64,000 nucleotides of DNA from a virus (Duplodnaviria > Caudoviricetes): IMG/VR virus record IMGVR_UViG_3300019889_000166, positions 1,533-65,532 of that record; one strand, given 5' to 3'. Both the position numbers and the translations under genes were made by a program. The notes under the pieces were generated by a model, which did not search any database, was not told the DNA's origin, and saw nothing but the letters and a program-made list of their open reading frames with translations. Shown piece by piece: positions 53,094 to 62,327 of this stretch. Position 1 is the stretch's first letter, and every line of letters begins with the position of its first letter.

Positions 53094-54181
53094 GAGGTCG
53101 GCTCCTCAGGGAGGAGGCTGGCGACGTGGTCGGCGGCTTCCTTGAAGGTGGCCCGCATCACCTTGTTGGATTCCGGGCGGACGTACCGATCCGGGGCGCC
53201 CATGCGCAGGAACTCCGCGAGCGCCCGCACCTTCTCCACCGGTACGCCGGGCTGTTGCCCACCCACCTCAAGGACGCGGGCTGCGACGTGGCTCAGTTGC
53301 GCGGTCTCCCAGGATCCGGAGTCGTCTGGTTCGTCGAACACGGTGCCGCATCGGCAACCGTAGATCTCGGCGCCCGGCCCGCCCCACACCATCGGCTCGT
53401 GACCGCGCATCGCCTGCACCAGCGCCTCGATCGGGTCGTCTTCAGCGGGAGTTGACTGCTCACGCTCGATGAGCTGCTGTGACTCCAAGCTGGCTGCGTT
53501 CCAGTTGTGCGTGATGTCGAGCAGGCAGCCCAGCCCAAGGTGATCGCCGGGCACGCGGGAACCAACCTCGCCGCCACACCAGCAGAACTCGTTGGGCACG
53601 ACGCGCGGTGCAGGCATCGTGCTGCCGTCCAGCCGAGTGGCGTACTCCAGATCCGAGACCGGCTCGGCCTCTACCTGCACAGGAGAGGGCTCGGGCTTGC
53701 CTGGGCAGTCGTACCAAGCAGGCACCACCAGGTCCACGTCAGTGCCGTCCAACCAGCGATGCGGAGCGTGGGGAGATGCGTCAGCAAAACCGATACACGG
53801 CACCTTGTCGGCCTCTACCTGCACGGGAGGGGGCTCGGGGTACGGCACGCGGCGGTAGAGCATGACGTCCGTCGCCTTGGCGTCCCCGACCAACTGCTCC
53901 CATGGCAGGGAGGACCCGCTACCGTCTTCCCACTTCCCGTCGTCGGCAGCCCAGCCGACCCCTTGGTGCGGGTGGTTCAGGCTGAAGAACACCACGCAGT
54001 CCCCGGCGGGTTCTTCGACAGGCACCTTCGGCAACTGCTTGGCGATCTGGTCCGCGATGTAGCGAAGGGCTGTCGGCAGGCCGAGAGGCATGTCAGTGTC
54101 GCCAGACGCCAGCGCGCGCAACTCTTCGGGCAGTAAGGCCCAGCCGATCTCAGCGTCGGCATCCAGCTTGAACTCAGGCAT
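53090..54181 (-). CDS. modular hypothetical protein with internal repeat
   Basis: ATG 54181; PEP.PVQVEA twice. Confidence 0.7.
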   Translation of the reverse strand: MPEFKLDADAEIGWALLPEELRALASGDTDMPLGLPTALRYIADQIAKQLPKVPVEEPAGDCVVFFSLNHPHQGVGWAADDGKWEDGSGSSLPWEQLVGDAKATDVMLYRRVPYPEPPPVQVEADKVPCIGFADASPHAPHRWLDGTDVDLVVPAWYDCPGKPEPSPVQVEAEPVSDLEYATRLDGSTMPAPRVVPNEFCWCGGEVGSRVPGDHLGLGCLLDITHNWNAASLESQQLIEREQSTPAEDDPIEALVQAMRGHEPMVWGGPGAEIYGCRCGTVFDEPDDSGSWETAQLSHVAARVLEVGGQQPGVPVEKVRALAEFLRMGAPDRYVRPESNKVMRATFKEAADHVASLLPEEPTS

Positions 54182-54594
54182 CAGTTCCCCGCTGCCCGGC
54201 ACGCGGCCTTGTTCGTGTTGTACGTGGGGGCGAGGTTGTTGAGCTTCGTGCCCATCGACTTCATGACGGGGAGCTGTTCGAGCAGCTTGTCGACGTCGCC
54301 CACGGAGACGGCGTCGAAACCCTCACCGGCAGCACCCATCGCACCGGCCGCGTACCCGAAGCCTTCGTCGGCGTTGTCGAGCGCGTCGAGGCAAGCCTGC
54401 GGCACGGACTGCGAGTCGGCCTTGGCGGTGACGGTGACGGTCGGGGCAGGCGGCGCGGGCGGGGCCGGCGCGGTCACGGTGACGGTCGGCTGCGGCGCGT
54501 TGGCGACGGCTTCCGATGCCTTGTCGGTACCACAACTTGACAGCGCCAGGACGGCGCCGACGGTGGCGGCGAGGATGGTGATGGTCTTCTTCAT
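54181..54594 (-). CDS. lipoprotein
   Basis: MKK..., lipobox LSS-C, PTVTVTA repeats, VPQAC..ALD.AD. Confidence 0.8.
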   Translation of the reverse strand: MKKTITILAATVGAVLALSSCGTDKASEAVANAPQPTVTVTAPAPPAPPAPTVTVTAKADSQSVPQACLDALDNADEGFGYAAGAMGAAGEGFDAVSVGDVDKLLEQLPVMKSMGTKLNNLAPTYNTNKAACRAAGN

Positions 54595-54609
54595 GGGCTC
54601 GGTTCCTTG

Positions 54610-54744
54610 TCAGTTGATGGAGTGTTTGCGTGGGTCGGCGGTCCAGCCGCAGCAGAGGCGGCAGGGCTTCCGGGTGGTGCTGGGTTTCGGGTGGCAGGCG
54701 CGAGGGCAGTACCACTTCGCCTTCGACGCCTGCCCGAAGGTCAC
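54610..54744 (-). CDS. small Cys-rich protein (not in ORF track)
   Basis: GTG overlapping upstream stop; WYCPRACH...CRLCCGW. Confidence 0.5.
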   Translation of the reverse strand: MTFGQASKAKWYCPRACHPKPSTTRKPCRLCCGWTADPRKHSIN

Positions 54745-54926
54745 GCCGTGGCCTGCGCTGCGGGCAGAGAGCGAAGCTGCGAGGCGGCCAGGGCGAGAGT
54801 CGCGTGGACCTGGGCGGTAGCCGCCGTGATCTCAGCGATCCGCATGTCGCCCGGGTCCTCGGTGGTGTGCCGCTCGGCGTGCGCGACCAGTTCCTCGGCC
54901 TTGGCGAAGTGCTCGGCGGCGTTCAT
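54741..54926 (-). CDS. small hypothetical protein
   Basis: EHF..AEEL....AQVHATLALAA motif. Confidence 0.75.
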   Translation of the reverse strand: MNAAEHFAKAEELVAHAERHTTEDPGDMRIAEITAATAQVHATLALAASQLRSLPAAQATA

Positions 54927-55651
54927 GCCGCACGCTCGGCACTCACTCGGCGCAGCGGCCACGACTGGTCGACCTCCTGCGGCTTGCCAGACTTCTTGAA
55001 GTACGCCTCCAGCGATGCGGCCTGCTCAGCGCGCCACCCGATCTGCTCCTCGTGGATCTCGTACAGCGAGGGGAACTTGGCGGGCAGGTTGTACTTGTCG
55101 GCGAGCCGGAACAGCAGGCGGCAGGCGGCGATCGCGTCCGCGTCGGCGGCGTGAGCGTTGTCCATGACCAGCCCGTGCGCCTCGACCGTCGCGGTCAGGG
55201 TCCGCTTCCCCTTGCGGTACGTGTCGACCTTCTTGTCGATGACGTGCGGATCGAGGATCGGGGAGACTGCGTCGTAGGAGCCGAGCCTTTCCTCCAGGCC
55301 GCCGAGCTTGTAGCGCAGCAACTCCTGGTCGAGCATCGTCAGGTCAAAACTGGCATTGAAGGCGACGATCGGCGTGCCGGATGCGAGTGCGACGGTGAGC
55401 TCGAGCGCGATCTCCTCCAGCGCGGTGGAGGGGTGGGCGCCTTCCGCTCTGGCTTGCTCCGTGCTGATCCCATGGACCTTCGTCGCCTCCTCGGGAATGG
55501 CGATTCCGGGGTTGAGCATGAAGGTCCGCGTCCGCGTCGGCTTGCCCGGCTGAATGTCGACGATCGCCGCGGTGACGATCCGATCGTTCTCGACCGAGAC
55601 GCCAGTGGATTCCACGTCAAACCCGCAGAGCGATCCCTTGTGCCAGCTCAT
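54923..55651 (-). CDS. DnaQ-like (DEDDh) 3'-5' exonuclease
   Basis: FDVESTG, IP.EA..VHGI, FNASFD, AH.A.AD. Confidence 0.92.
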   Translation of the reverse strand: MSWHKGSLCGFDVESTGVSVENDRIVTAAIVDIQPGKPTRTRTFMLNPGIAIPEEATKVHGISTEQARAEGAHPSTALEEIALELTVALASGTPIVAFNASFDLTMLDQELLRYKLGGLEERLGSYDAVSPILDPHVIDKKVDTYRKGKRTLTATVEAHGLVMDNAHAADADAIAACRLLFRLADKYNLPAKFPSLYEIHEEQIGWRAEQAASLEAYFKKSGKPQEVDQSWPLRRVSAERAA

Positions 55652-56097
55652 GCTGCTCTCCTCGCCCGGGCGTCGCGCGCCCACTGGTTTACGCAGGTCT
55701 TGCAGCGACGCTTCCCGTCGGTCGTCATCGAGGTGTTCTCCGGCGTGAACTCGTGGCCGCTCTTGCATTCCGCCTTGGGGCGTTGCCGTCGCCGGTTCGC
55801 TCGCTGCTCCTGAGCGGTTGCCCAGCGACAGTTCTCCGGCGAGTAGCCACGGTCGTTGTCGGTGCGGTCGAGGGACCGGCCGGCCGGCCGTTCGCCCATG
55901 TCTGCAACGAAGTTCCAGAAGTCCTCACGCCACCGATCGCAGACGGTGATCCCCCGCCCGCCGTAGTCGGCAAAGCGGGCATGATTCGGGCTCGAGCAGC
56001 GCCGGACCATGTCGTTGTACGTGTGGTAGAGCGGGTGCTCCGTCTTGCCGCCGCGCCAGTTGGGGTTCGTCGCTCCGTGGTGGCTCTTGTTGCTCAC
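55648..56097 (-). CDS. HNH-type homing endonuclease with C-terminal zinc domain
   Basis: M..RC......YGGRGITVC.RW...F.ADMG.RP...SLDR.DND.GYSPENCRWAT; CKSGHEFTPENT..RRCKTC. Confidence 0.88.
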   Translation of the reverse strand: MSNKSHHGATNPNWRGGKTEHPLYHTYNDMVRRCSSPNHARFADYGGRGITVCDRWREDFWNFVADMGERPAGRSLDRTDNDRGYSPENCRWATAQEQRANRRRQRPKAECKSGHEFTPENTSMTTDGKRRCKTCVNQWARDARARRAA

Positions 56098-56960
56098 GAC
56101 TGGCCGCCGCCGTTCTGCCAGGCGTCGTCTGCAGCGATCGCGTCGTCGTCCACGAGTTCGGCCTGCAGCACCTCACCCGTCGGGGTAGTCAGGGTGCCTT
56201 CGGCTTGCGGGACCTGCCGGGCCGCAGCGGGCGCCACCTGCGGCCGCTCGGCTGCCACGTCCCGCACCGCACGCAACTGCTCACGGATGTACTCGGCGGA
56301 CGTCGGGACCCACTTGGCGAGCTGGCGGGCGGCCGACTTCAGCCACATCGCCTCTTCGCTCGTGGTCCACGGCGAGTAGTCCGACCGGGCGGAAGCGGAC
56401 TTCGACTTGATCTCGTTGATCCGCGACCGGTTGAGGACGACGACCTTGGAGGTCGCGCCGCCCTTCATGATCGCGTAGGCATAGACCAGCTTCAGCTTGC
56501 CGCGGTCGTCGGCATCCCAGTCGATCTCGTGGATCGGGCGCTCGTCGCGGCCGGGCACGTAGGTGAACTTGTCGTGCTCCCGCACCGCCTCGACGATCAC
56601 CGAGGCGACCGCGCCGGCCCGGTACATCAGTTCGACGAGTCCCTGGTAGCCGGTGATCCCCATGATCTCTTTCGGGGCACCCTTCCGGGGCGACTGCGGC
56701 ACCAGGTAGAACTGCTCGGTGCCGGGCTCCAGGCCGAGGCGGGCAGCGGTGAGCAGCGCGGCCATGAACGCGCCGGTGTTGTTCGCGGCGGCCTCGGCGA
56801 CCTTCGAGTCGCGGCGCAGTGCACCGACAGCGAGGCGGACCCACGTCTCGGGCTTGACGTGCGACGGGAGTACGTCGGCGAAGTCCTGGTGGTAGTGCTG
56901 GACGAGCGCGCCCGGGGAGTTGTCGCGGGTCGCGATTGCGTTGCTGACTGTCTCGGTCAT
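56094..56960 (-). CDS. recT: RecT-family single-strand annealing protein
   Basis: AARLGLEPG..FYLVP, GYQG.VEL.YR.G, SPW...E.MWLKS..RQL.KWVP.S.E. Confidence 0.92.
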   Translation of the reverse strand: MTETVSNAIATRDNSPGALVQHYHQDFADVLPSHVKPETWVRLAVGALRRDSKVAEAAANNTGAFMAALLTAARLGLEPGTEQFYLVPQSPRKGAPKEIMGITGYQGLVELMYRAGAVASVIVEAVREHDKFTYVPGRDERPIHEIDWDADDRGKLKLVYAYAIMKGGATSKVVVLNRSRINEIKSKSASARSDYSPWTTSEEAMWLKSAARQLAKWVPTSAEYIREQLRAVRDVAAERPQVAPAAARQVPQAEGTLTTPTGEVLQAELVDDDAIAADDAWQNGGGQS

Positions 56961-57889
56961 GCTGCTGCTTCCTTGTCTGCGTTGAGGTCTGGGAGGTTCT
57001 TGGCGGTGACGAGGTATGGGTGGCCGTCGCCGCGGGCTTGGCGGGTCGCGATCTTGTAGCCCTGCCAGAAGGCGGCCTGGGCGTTGCCCATCTCGTCGGC
57101 GACCGCGGACCTGGCTTTCTGCTCGACCGTCTTCGCTTCGGCCAGTTCGGCGCGGGCGATGAGGAAGTCGCGGGCGATCGCGTCGCTGAGGTCGATCGAC
57201 TCGGGGTCGATGTCCGGGTGCATCTCGCGGACTGCCTTGTAGGTGGCGTCGTGTCCGTCGATCGACGGTGCCGTACCGGCATCGAGAGTTGCGAGGAACT
57301 CGACTGCGGCATCGCGGAGGATCTGCGCCTCGGCCGGGTCGTAGTCCACGCGGTACTCGCGGTAGTCCAATCCGGAGATGAGGACGGCGACGCTTGCCCA
57401 CGGCAGCCCGAATGTGTCGAGGTACCAGAGCACCTGGGCGCGGACGTGGACGGGGATGCTGTCGGTGTCCTCGTCGCCCCACTTGTCGCCGAACGGTGAA
57501 GTCTTGACCTCGAGCAGCCCGATCGGCTCCTCACTGACGCCGAAGTCGACGTGCCAGATGAGGCCATCCGGGTTGGCGATCTGCCAGGGCCGCTCGAGGT
57601 TCCGGTAGGTGCCGGTCTTCAAGACGTGCAGGTCTTTGTGGCTGTCGCGGAACTTGTCAGCGACCGGCTCCTCCAGCCGTGTCCCCCACTCCATCTCCGG
57701 GGACTCCGCGACCGCTCCGATGAGGCCGGCCTTGCGGTGCCACAGGGAGTAGCGCGACTCGAACGGCGAGAGGCCCAGTACTGCCGGGATCTCACTGCCA
57801 CCGAGACCGTGCGCCCGGGCGGCGTGCCAGTCCGGGGAGCCGGGCAGGAAGGTGCCGACGAGTTCGGCATTTCCGATGCGCTCGGTCAT
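56957..57889 (-). CDS. YqaJ-like viral recombinase exonuclease
   Basis: W...R..GLGGSE...VLGLSPF, WG.RLE, ANPDG, LEVKT, QV.WY. Confidence 0.93.
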   Translation of the reverse strand: MTERIGNAELVGTFLPGSPDWHAARAHGLGGSEIPAVLGLSPFESRYSLWHRKAGLIGAVAESPEMEWGTRLEEPVADKFRDSHKDLHVLKTGTYRNLERPWQIANPDGLIWHVDFGVSEEPIGLLEVKTSPFGDKWGDEDTDSIPVHVRAQVLWYLDTFGLPWASVAVLISGLDYREYRVDYDPAEAQILRDAAVEFLATLDAGTAPSIDGHDATYKAVREMHPDIDPESIDLSDAIARDFLIARAELAEAKTVEQKARSAVADEMGNAQAAFWQGYKIATRQARGDGHPYLVTAKNLPDLNADKEAAA

Positions 57890-58179
57890 GCGTCGTCACC
57901 CGGCTCAAGCGCCCAGCATTCGCGGCAGACGGGCTGCGGGCGGCCGTCGACCAGCATCAGGTCGGGTTGCCGGTCCTTGGCGGGGAACGGGTCGCCGCAC
58001 AGCGTGCAGTCCTCGACGGGCGTGCAGTAAGGGCAGTCGATCCAGCCGTCGTGACCACGGACCTCCTGGCCACCCTCACCGCCACACTCGCCGCAGTTGA
58101 CGGTGTAGACGACCCATTGGCCGATCGGGATGGTGGTCTGGTTGGCGACCTCGACGGTCGGCTCGGTGACGATGCTCAT
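57886..58179 (-). CDS. small zinc-finger protein
   Basis: CGECGGEG, CPYC, CTLC, CREC. Confidence 0.7.
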   Translation of the reverse strand: MSIVTEPTVEVANQTTIPIGQWVVYTVNCGECGGEGGQEVRGHDGWIDCPYCTPVEDCTLCGDPFPAKDRQPDLMLVDGRPQPVCRECWALEPGDDA

Positions 58180-58523
58180 GCGGCTGCCCCTCTCAGGCAT
58201 TCGGTTTCGGCCCAGCGGAGGCTCATGGCGATGACGTGCTGGCCTTGGTCGTTGAAGGGCAGGTCCCAGCGGACGAGCGCGATGTCTTGGTCGCGTTCGA
58301 TGCCGACGACTTCGCCGTGGCCGTACTCGGTGGCGTTGAGGTGGTCGTTGACCCTGAGCGGGGCGACGGCGGGGACGGTGATGCGGGCGAGGGCGTCGGC
58401 GACGACCTGCTTGATGTCTGCCGTGTCGTCGAGGCGGGCGACCTGCTCCATGGCGGCCTGGGCGATGCCGAGCAGCCGGAACGGGTGGTACTCCTCGGCG
58501 TGCGGGCGGGTGAGGGAGGTCAT
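58176..58523 (-). CDS. hypothetical protein
   Basis: MTSLTRPH start; SH3/Tudor-like YGHGEVVG...VRWD. Confidence 0.65.
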   Translation of the reverse strand: MTSLTRPHAEEYHPFRLLGIAQAAMEQVARLDDTADIKQVVADALARITVPAVAPLRVNDHLNATEYGHGEVVGIERDQDIALVRWDLPFNDQGQHVIAMSLRWAETECLRGAAA

Positions 58524-58862
58524 CGCGTGCCGCCCGTCTTGCGCTGCTTGCCTGCGGGGTGGCGGGCGATGCAGGCTTCGAGCGCGCCCCGCTCGATCGG
58601 CTCGGCCGGGTACCGGTCGACGATCGGGGCGCACACCGCGCACCACACCTTCTCTGGGAGGGCCGGGTTCTCTTCGCAGCGGAGACAGGTGAAGCCGTCC
58701 GGGATGAACTCGACGGGCAGGTCAGCCAGCGCCTGCTCGTGCCAGCGCTCGTCGGAGGTGAGGTCGAACGTGTCCCGGACCGCCTTATAGCGGAGGACGA
58801 ACGCGACCACCGCGGCGGCGATCAGGAAGACGACGGCGAGGGCAATCGCTGCGGGGCTCATC
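58520..58862 (-). CDS. membrane-anchored zinc-finger protein
   Basis: MSPAAIALAVV TM; CLRC..CAVC; RHPAGK. Confidence 0.65.
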
Positions 58863-59046
58863 GGCCAGCCTCTTCCTGACGGACGATGCCGAGCAGGTCG
58901 CGAGTCCATGACCCGTCGGGCTGCTTCACATAGCCACGGATCTCGGCGTCCATCTGGGCGAGGTCGCGGAGCGCCAGGCCGATGCGGCGAGCCTTGGCTT
59001 TCGCGGCGCGGCGACGCTGACGAGCGGCGCGGATGCGGGCGATCAC
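58858..59046 (-). CDS. small basic protein
   Basis: Coupled ORF. Confidence 0.6.
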   Translation of the reverse strand: MIARIRAARQRRRAAKAKARRIGLALRDLAQMDAEIRGYVKQPDGSWTRDLLGIVRQEEAGR

Positions 59047-59147
59047 GGGCGCAGGGTCAGGTAGATGGCGGCGCCGAGGATGGCGGCGACGAGGATCGCT
59101 CCGAGCACTGACGGGATCGCGGCCTTCGCCTGGGTGGTGAACTTCAT
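59043..59147 (-). CDS. 34-aa TM peptide (not in ORF track)
   Basis: SD AGGAG; MKFTTQAKAAIPSVLGAILVAAILGAAIYLTLRP. Confidence 0.65.
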   Translation of the reverse strand: MKFTTQAKAAIPSVLGAILVAAILGAAIYLTLRP

Positions 59148-59217
59148 GAGATGCTGCTCCTGTCTGATTCCCCCGGTTCTTGCTTGGCGGCGAGCCGGGG
59201 GTTCGGTCTGTCTGGGG

Positions 59218-59454
59218 TCAGGACGCCTTGGCGGCGCGAGCCTTGGCTGACTTCTGCTGGAGCCGGAGGTAGTACGCCTTGCGGTACGCCGCGACGGCCT
59301 TCGCTCGGGTCTCCGGATCCATCAGCCCGTCCGGGTCGACTGCCTGCTCGAACTTCCGCTCGAGCCCTTCGCGGGCCGCGCGGGTGCGGGCGGAGCGATT
59401 CGTCTCCTGCGCCCATCCCTCAAGCGCTGCGATCTGGTGCGGGACGCTGGTCAT
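59218..59454 (-). CDS. conserved actinobacterial mobile-element protein
   Basis: W....RSART..AR.....FE..VDPDG...P..R.K......KAY..RL..KS..AR. Confidence 0.8.
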   Translation of the reverse strand: MTSVPHQIAALEGWAQETNRSARTRAAREGLERKFEQAVDPDGLMDPETRAKAVAAYRKAYYLRLQQKSAKARAAKAS

Positions 59455-59744
59455 GCTGCCTTCTGTCGCTTGCTGCTGTGCGCAGTATCGCTTGACAGTC
59501 GGGTCACGAAAAGATCATTGAGGGGGACCTTGAAGTACTCCGCGATGCGGAGAGCAGGGTCGGGCTGGATGCTTTTGATCTCACCCCGCAGGATGCGACC
59601 GAGGTACGAGTGCGAGCTCCAGCCGGCGATTGCGGCGAGGTCGCGCTGGTTAATGCCTCGGATGACCATCAACGTCACGATCTTCTTCGGATCGAGCACT
59701 TTCATGTACAGCTCCGGAAGCTTGGTGCGAGTGGGTCGGCTCAC
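59451..59744 (-). CDS. Cro-like XRE HTH protein
   Basis: RGINQRDLA..AGW.SHSYLGRILRG....A.RIA..F.V; SD AAGGAG before GTG. Confidence 0.88.
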   Translation of the reverse strand: MSRPTRTKLPELYMKVLDPKKIVTLMVIRGINQRDLAAIAGWSSHSYLGRILRGEIKSIQPDPALRIAEYFKVPLNDLFVTRLSSDTAHSSKRQKAA

Positions 59745-59758
59745 TGTATCTCCTTGGT

Positions 59759-59920
59759 GGGCACTGTGTCCAGTGACACTCCTCAGAGTGTGCGGGCACG
59801 GTGCCCAAAATGTCAACAAGTTCTCTTCCGGAAACCGCAAGCAGGCAGCGGGGCAGGTGGTTTCGGCGCGTCGAGTGGTCGATACAGTGGTGCCCATGGA
59901 TGTGCTCAGTGCCGGTGCCC
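59759..59920. promoter_or_regulatory. lysis-lysogeny switch: operators and divergent promoters
   Basis: GGGCACTGTGTCC (59759), GGGCACGGTGCCC (59794), half sites GTGCCC (59890, 59915); minus-strand TTGACA-N18-CACACT. Confidence 0.7.
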
Positions 59921-59989
59921 AGCCTGTTAGGCGAAGCGCGGCAGTAGAGGGAGCATGTTGTCCAACGGGGTCACAGAAGGGTCGAGCCT

Positions 59990-60427
59990 ATGGGGTTGTT
60001 GTGGGACCTCATCCAGAAGCACATCGACAATGCGCCGTATCCGCCGTCGGAGCGGCAGGTGGCGCACAAGCTGGGGGTATCGCCGAACGCGTTGCGGTTC
60101 TGGCGGGATCCGAAGAAGCTCCCTTCGCGGGAGAACCTGCAGGCGATCGCGGACCTGGTCGGGGTGCGGTACTCGGTGGTGCTGGACGCTGCGCTGCACG
60201 ACACCGGCTACCACGAGGAGAGTCGGGTCATTCACCTGCGCCCGCGGCCGGCTAGCACAATCGAGGCCGACCTGCGAGCCGAGGAACTGAGCCTGGCCGA
60301 GTTGCCCGACGTGCCAGGTGCGGAGCGTAAGCGCGCCGAGCTTCAGGCCCGCGTAGACCTCCTGCGGGCAGAGTTGAGTTCGTCACGTCGAGCTACTGGC
60401 GAGTCTGATTCTGTTGCCAAGTTGTGA
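59990..60427 (+). CDS. CI-like immunity repressor (XRE HTH)
   Basis: LW.LIQ.H.D...YPPS.RQVA.KLGVSP..L..W...LP..ENL.AIA...V.Y..VLDAAL.D.GY; divergent from cro. Confidence 0.85.
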   Translation: MGLLWDLIQKHIDNAPYPPSERQVAHKLGVSPNALRFWRDPKKLPSRENLQAIADLVGVRYSVVLDAALHDTGYHEESRVIHLRPRPASTIEADLRAEELSLAELPDVPGAERKRAELQARVDLLRAELSSSRRATGESDSVAKL

Positions 60428-60558
60428 CGTGGCGAGCTGTAGCGGATGCCCCCGTATGAACGATCAACTAGCGACCAGACACCGGTCGTCCGACCTCAAG
60501 CGGATGACACCACAGAAACCGTCCGACCAGTGCCTGGCGCAACTATCTAACGGGCGAC

Positions 60559-60915
60559 ATGGGGAAAGGTGACGGAACTGTGGCAAGAAGAATCAAGCTG
60601 GGGAGCAAGATCGTGTTGCCGCTGGACGCCCTGGGGGGGTACGTCCTGTCAGTGTGTCTGCTGGCTGTCGGTGGCGCGCAGCCATGGGGTACCGCTCTAC
60701 GTGCACCGCTGATGCTGGTCGGGGTCGTAGTGTTCCTGGCCGGCGCGGTTGCACACATCTTGGACAAGCAGGACAGGATGAACGACGCGCTGGCCGAGAA
60801 GATCGATCACTCGGTGGGCGACGTGTGGGATGCGGGGGAGCGAGCTGGTGTGCGGCATGCGGCGCTGGAGGTGCCGGCGTTGTCGGTGGTGCCTGATGTG
60901 GTACCGCGGCGATGA
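60559..60915 (+). CDS. two-TM membrane protein
   Basis: Two hydrophobic segments; start uncertain. Confidence 0.65.
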   Translation: MGKGDGTVARRIKLGSKIVLPLDALGGYVLSVCLLAVGGAQPWGTALRAPLMLVGVVVFLAGAVAHILDKQDRMNDALAEKIDHSVGDVWDAGERAGVRHAALEVPALSVVPDVVPRR

Positions 60916-61373
60916 GTGACTGGGCGGGGTTCCCGGATGGGCGTAACACCCGGGAACCCCTGCACTGGAGGCGGGGGCGTTGGTTGCTGACGCTAACAGG
61001 AACGCTGGCTTTTCTGTTGATTGTTGCCGGTTGCAACGGTGACGGTTCTGCGTCGGTTTCCGGTCCACCTCAGGTGACGTTCTTCGCGGAGGGATCGGGT
61101 ACGGCGGCGGGCGCGGTGACGATGCAGACGGAGAAGGGCGGCGTGATCCAGAAGGACGTGGCGCTGCCGATGACGAACACCTCCACCGGCCAGCCCGGCA
61201 TCGGGTCGGACAAGTTCAAGCGGGGCGATCAGCTGTCGATCGTGCTGGTGAACAAGGAGGGCGGCGGTTCGGTGACGTGCCGGATCGAGGTCGACGGCAA
61301 GGTGATCGACGAGGCCACCTCGAGCGGCGCCTACAAGGTAGTGACGTGTCGGGGGAAGGTCCCGGCCAGCTAG
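60912..61373 (+). CDS. MmpS-like membrane/lipoprotein
   Basis: IVAG-C lipobox; VTCRIEVDGKV......G....VTC. Confidence 0.75.
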   Translation: MSDWAGFPDGRNTREPLHWRRGRWLLTLTGTLAFLLIVAGCNGDGSASVSGPPQVTFFAEGSGTAAGAVTMQTEKGGVIQKDVALPMTNTSTGQPGIGSDKFKRGDQLSIVLVNKEGGGSVTCRIEVDGKVIDEATSSGAYKVVTCRGKVPAS

Positions 61374-61430
61374 TACAGATTCAAGCCGCGCGGCCCCGGA
61401 CCCCGGTCGCGCAAGGCTTGGATCCGGGCG

Positions 61431-62327
61431 TCAGAGATCTCCGAGGTTGAGCCGCTTGGCTTCCTCGGCCGCCCGGGCGGATGCCGTAGCCCTGGTGTAG
61501 CGATCCAGCATCGAGCGCTGAGTCCAGCCCGCTTGGGCCATGAGACCGCCCTCGGAGCCACCCGCAGACAGCCACCTGGTGGCCGACGTGTGCCTGAGTA
61601 GGTGCGGGTGGAATCGGTCGATGCCTGCGTGCCGAGCTCGGCGACCCAGTGCGTCCCAGAGGCCGGAGTAGCGCAGTGGCGCGCCGCGTTCCCCGAGCCA
61701 CAGGTCGGGCAGCTCTGCGAGCTTGTGGGTGCGGCGGATGCGGAGGTACCGGTCGATGGCCTGGGAGGTCTTGGGGCCGATGCTGGCGATCCGGCCGCGG
61801 CCGCTCTTGGTTTTGCGGAGGGTGACGATCCCGCTGGGGAGGTCAATGTCGATGGGGTGGTGCATGCCGACGACCTCGCCGGCGCGGGCGCTGGTCTCGA
61901 CCATCATCCGCATGATGGCCATGTCTCGCCGGTCGATGAACGCGCGGCCGTCGCAGGCTTTGAACAGGGCGAGCAGTTCGTCGTCAGTGAGTGGCTCGAG
62001 CACCTTCTCTGACAGCTTGGGGGGCTTGACGCCGAGGAGCGGGTCAGTGGCCTGTTCTTCCTCGTCGAGGAGCCAGGCGCTGAAGCGTTTGAGGGCGAGC
62101 TGTCGGCTCATGGCGGTGGAGGCCTCGGCGCCGCTGTCGAGCATGGCAGCGATCCAGGCAGCGGCTTGGCGGCGGTCGATGATCGCGGGTCGGTCTTGCT
62201 GGTGGCACCAGGCGAGGTATGCGGTGACTCCGGCGCGGTAGCTCTTGAGGGTTGCGGGCGCCTTCTTCTCTGCCGTGAGCGTGACCATCCATGACTCGAG
62301 CAGGTCCGTGAGGTTCATCGCGGTCAC
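61431..62327 (-). CDS. int: tyrosine integrase, Xer-like without arm-binding domain
   Basis: RRD.AI...ETSARAGE, KTKSG, HPHLLRHT, AGW....M.DRY; GTG 62327 overlaps upstream stop. Confidence 0.95.
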   Translation of the reverse strand: MTAMNLTDLLESWMVTLTAEKKAPATLKSYRAGVTAYLAWCHQQDRPAIIDRRQAAAWIAAMLDSGAEASTAMSRQLALKRFSAWLLDEEEQATDPLLGVKPPKLSEKVLEPLTDDELLALFKACDGRAFIDRRDMAIMRMMVETSARAGEVVGMHHPIDIDLPSGIVTLRKTKSGRGRIASIGPKTSQAIDRYLRIRRTHKLAELPDLWLGERGAPLRYSGLWDALGRRARHAGIDRFHPHLLRHTSATRWLSAGGSEGGLMAQAGWTQRSMLDRYTRATASARAAEEAKRLNLGDL

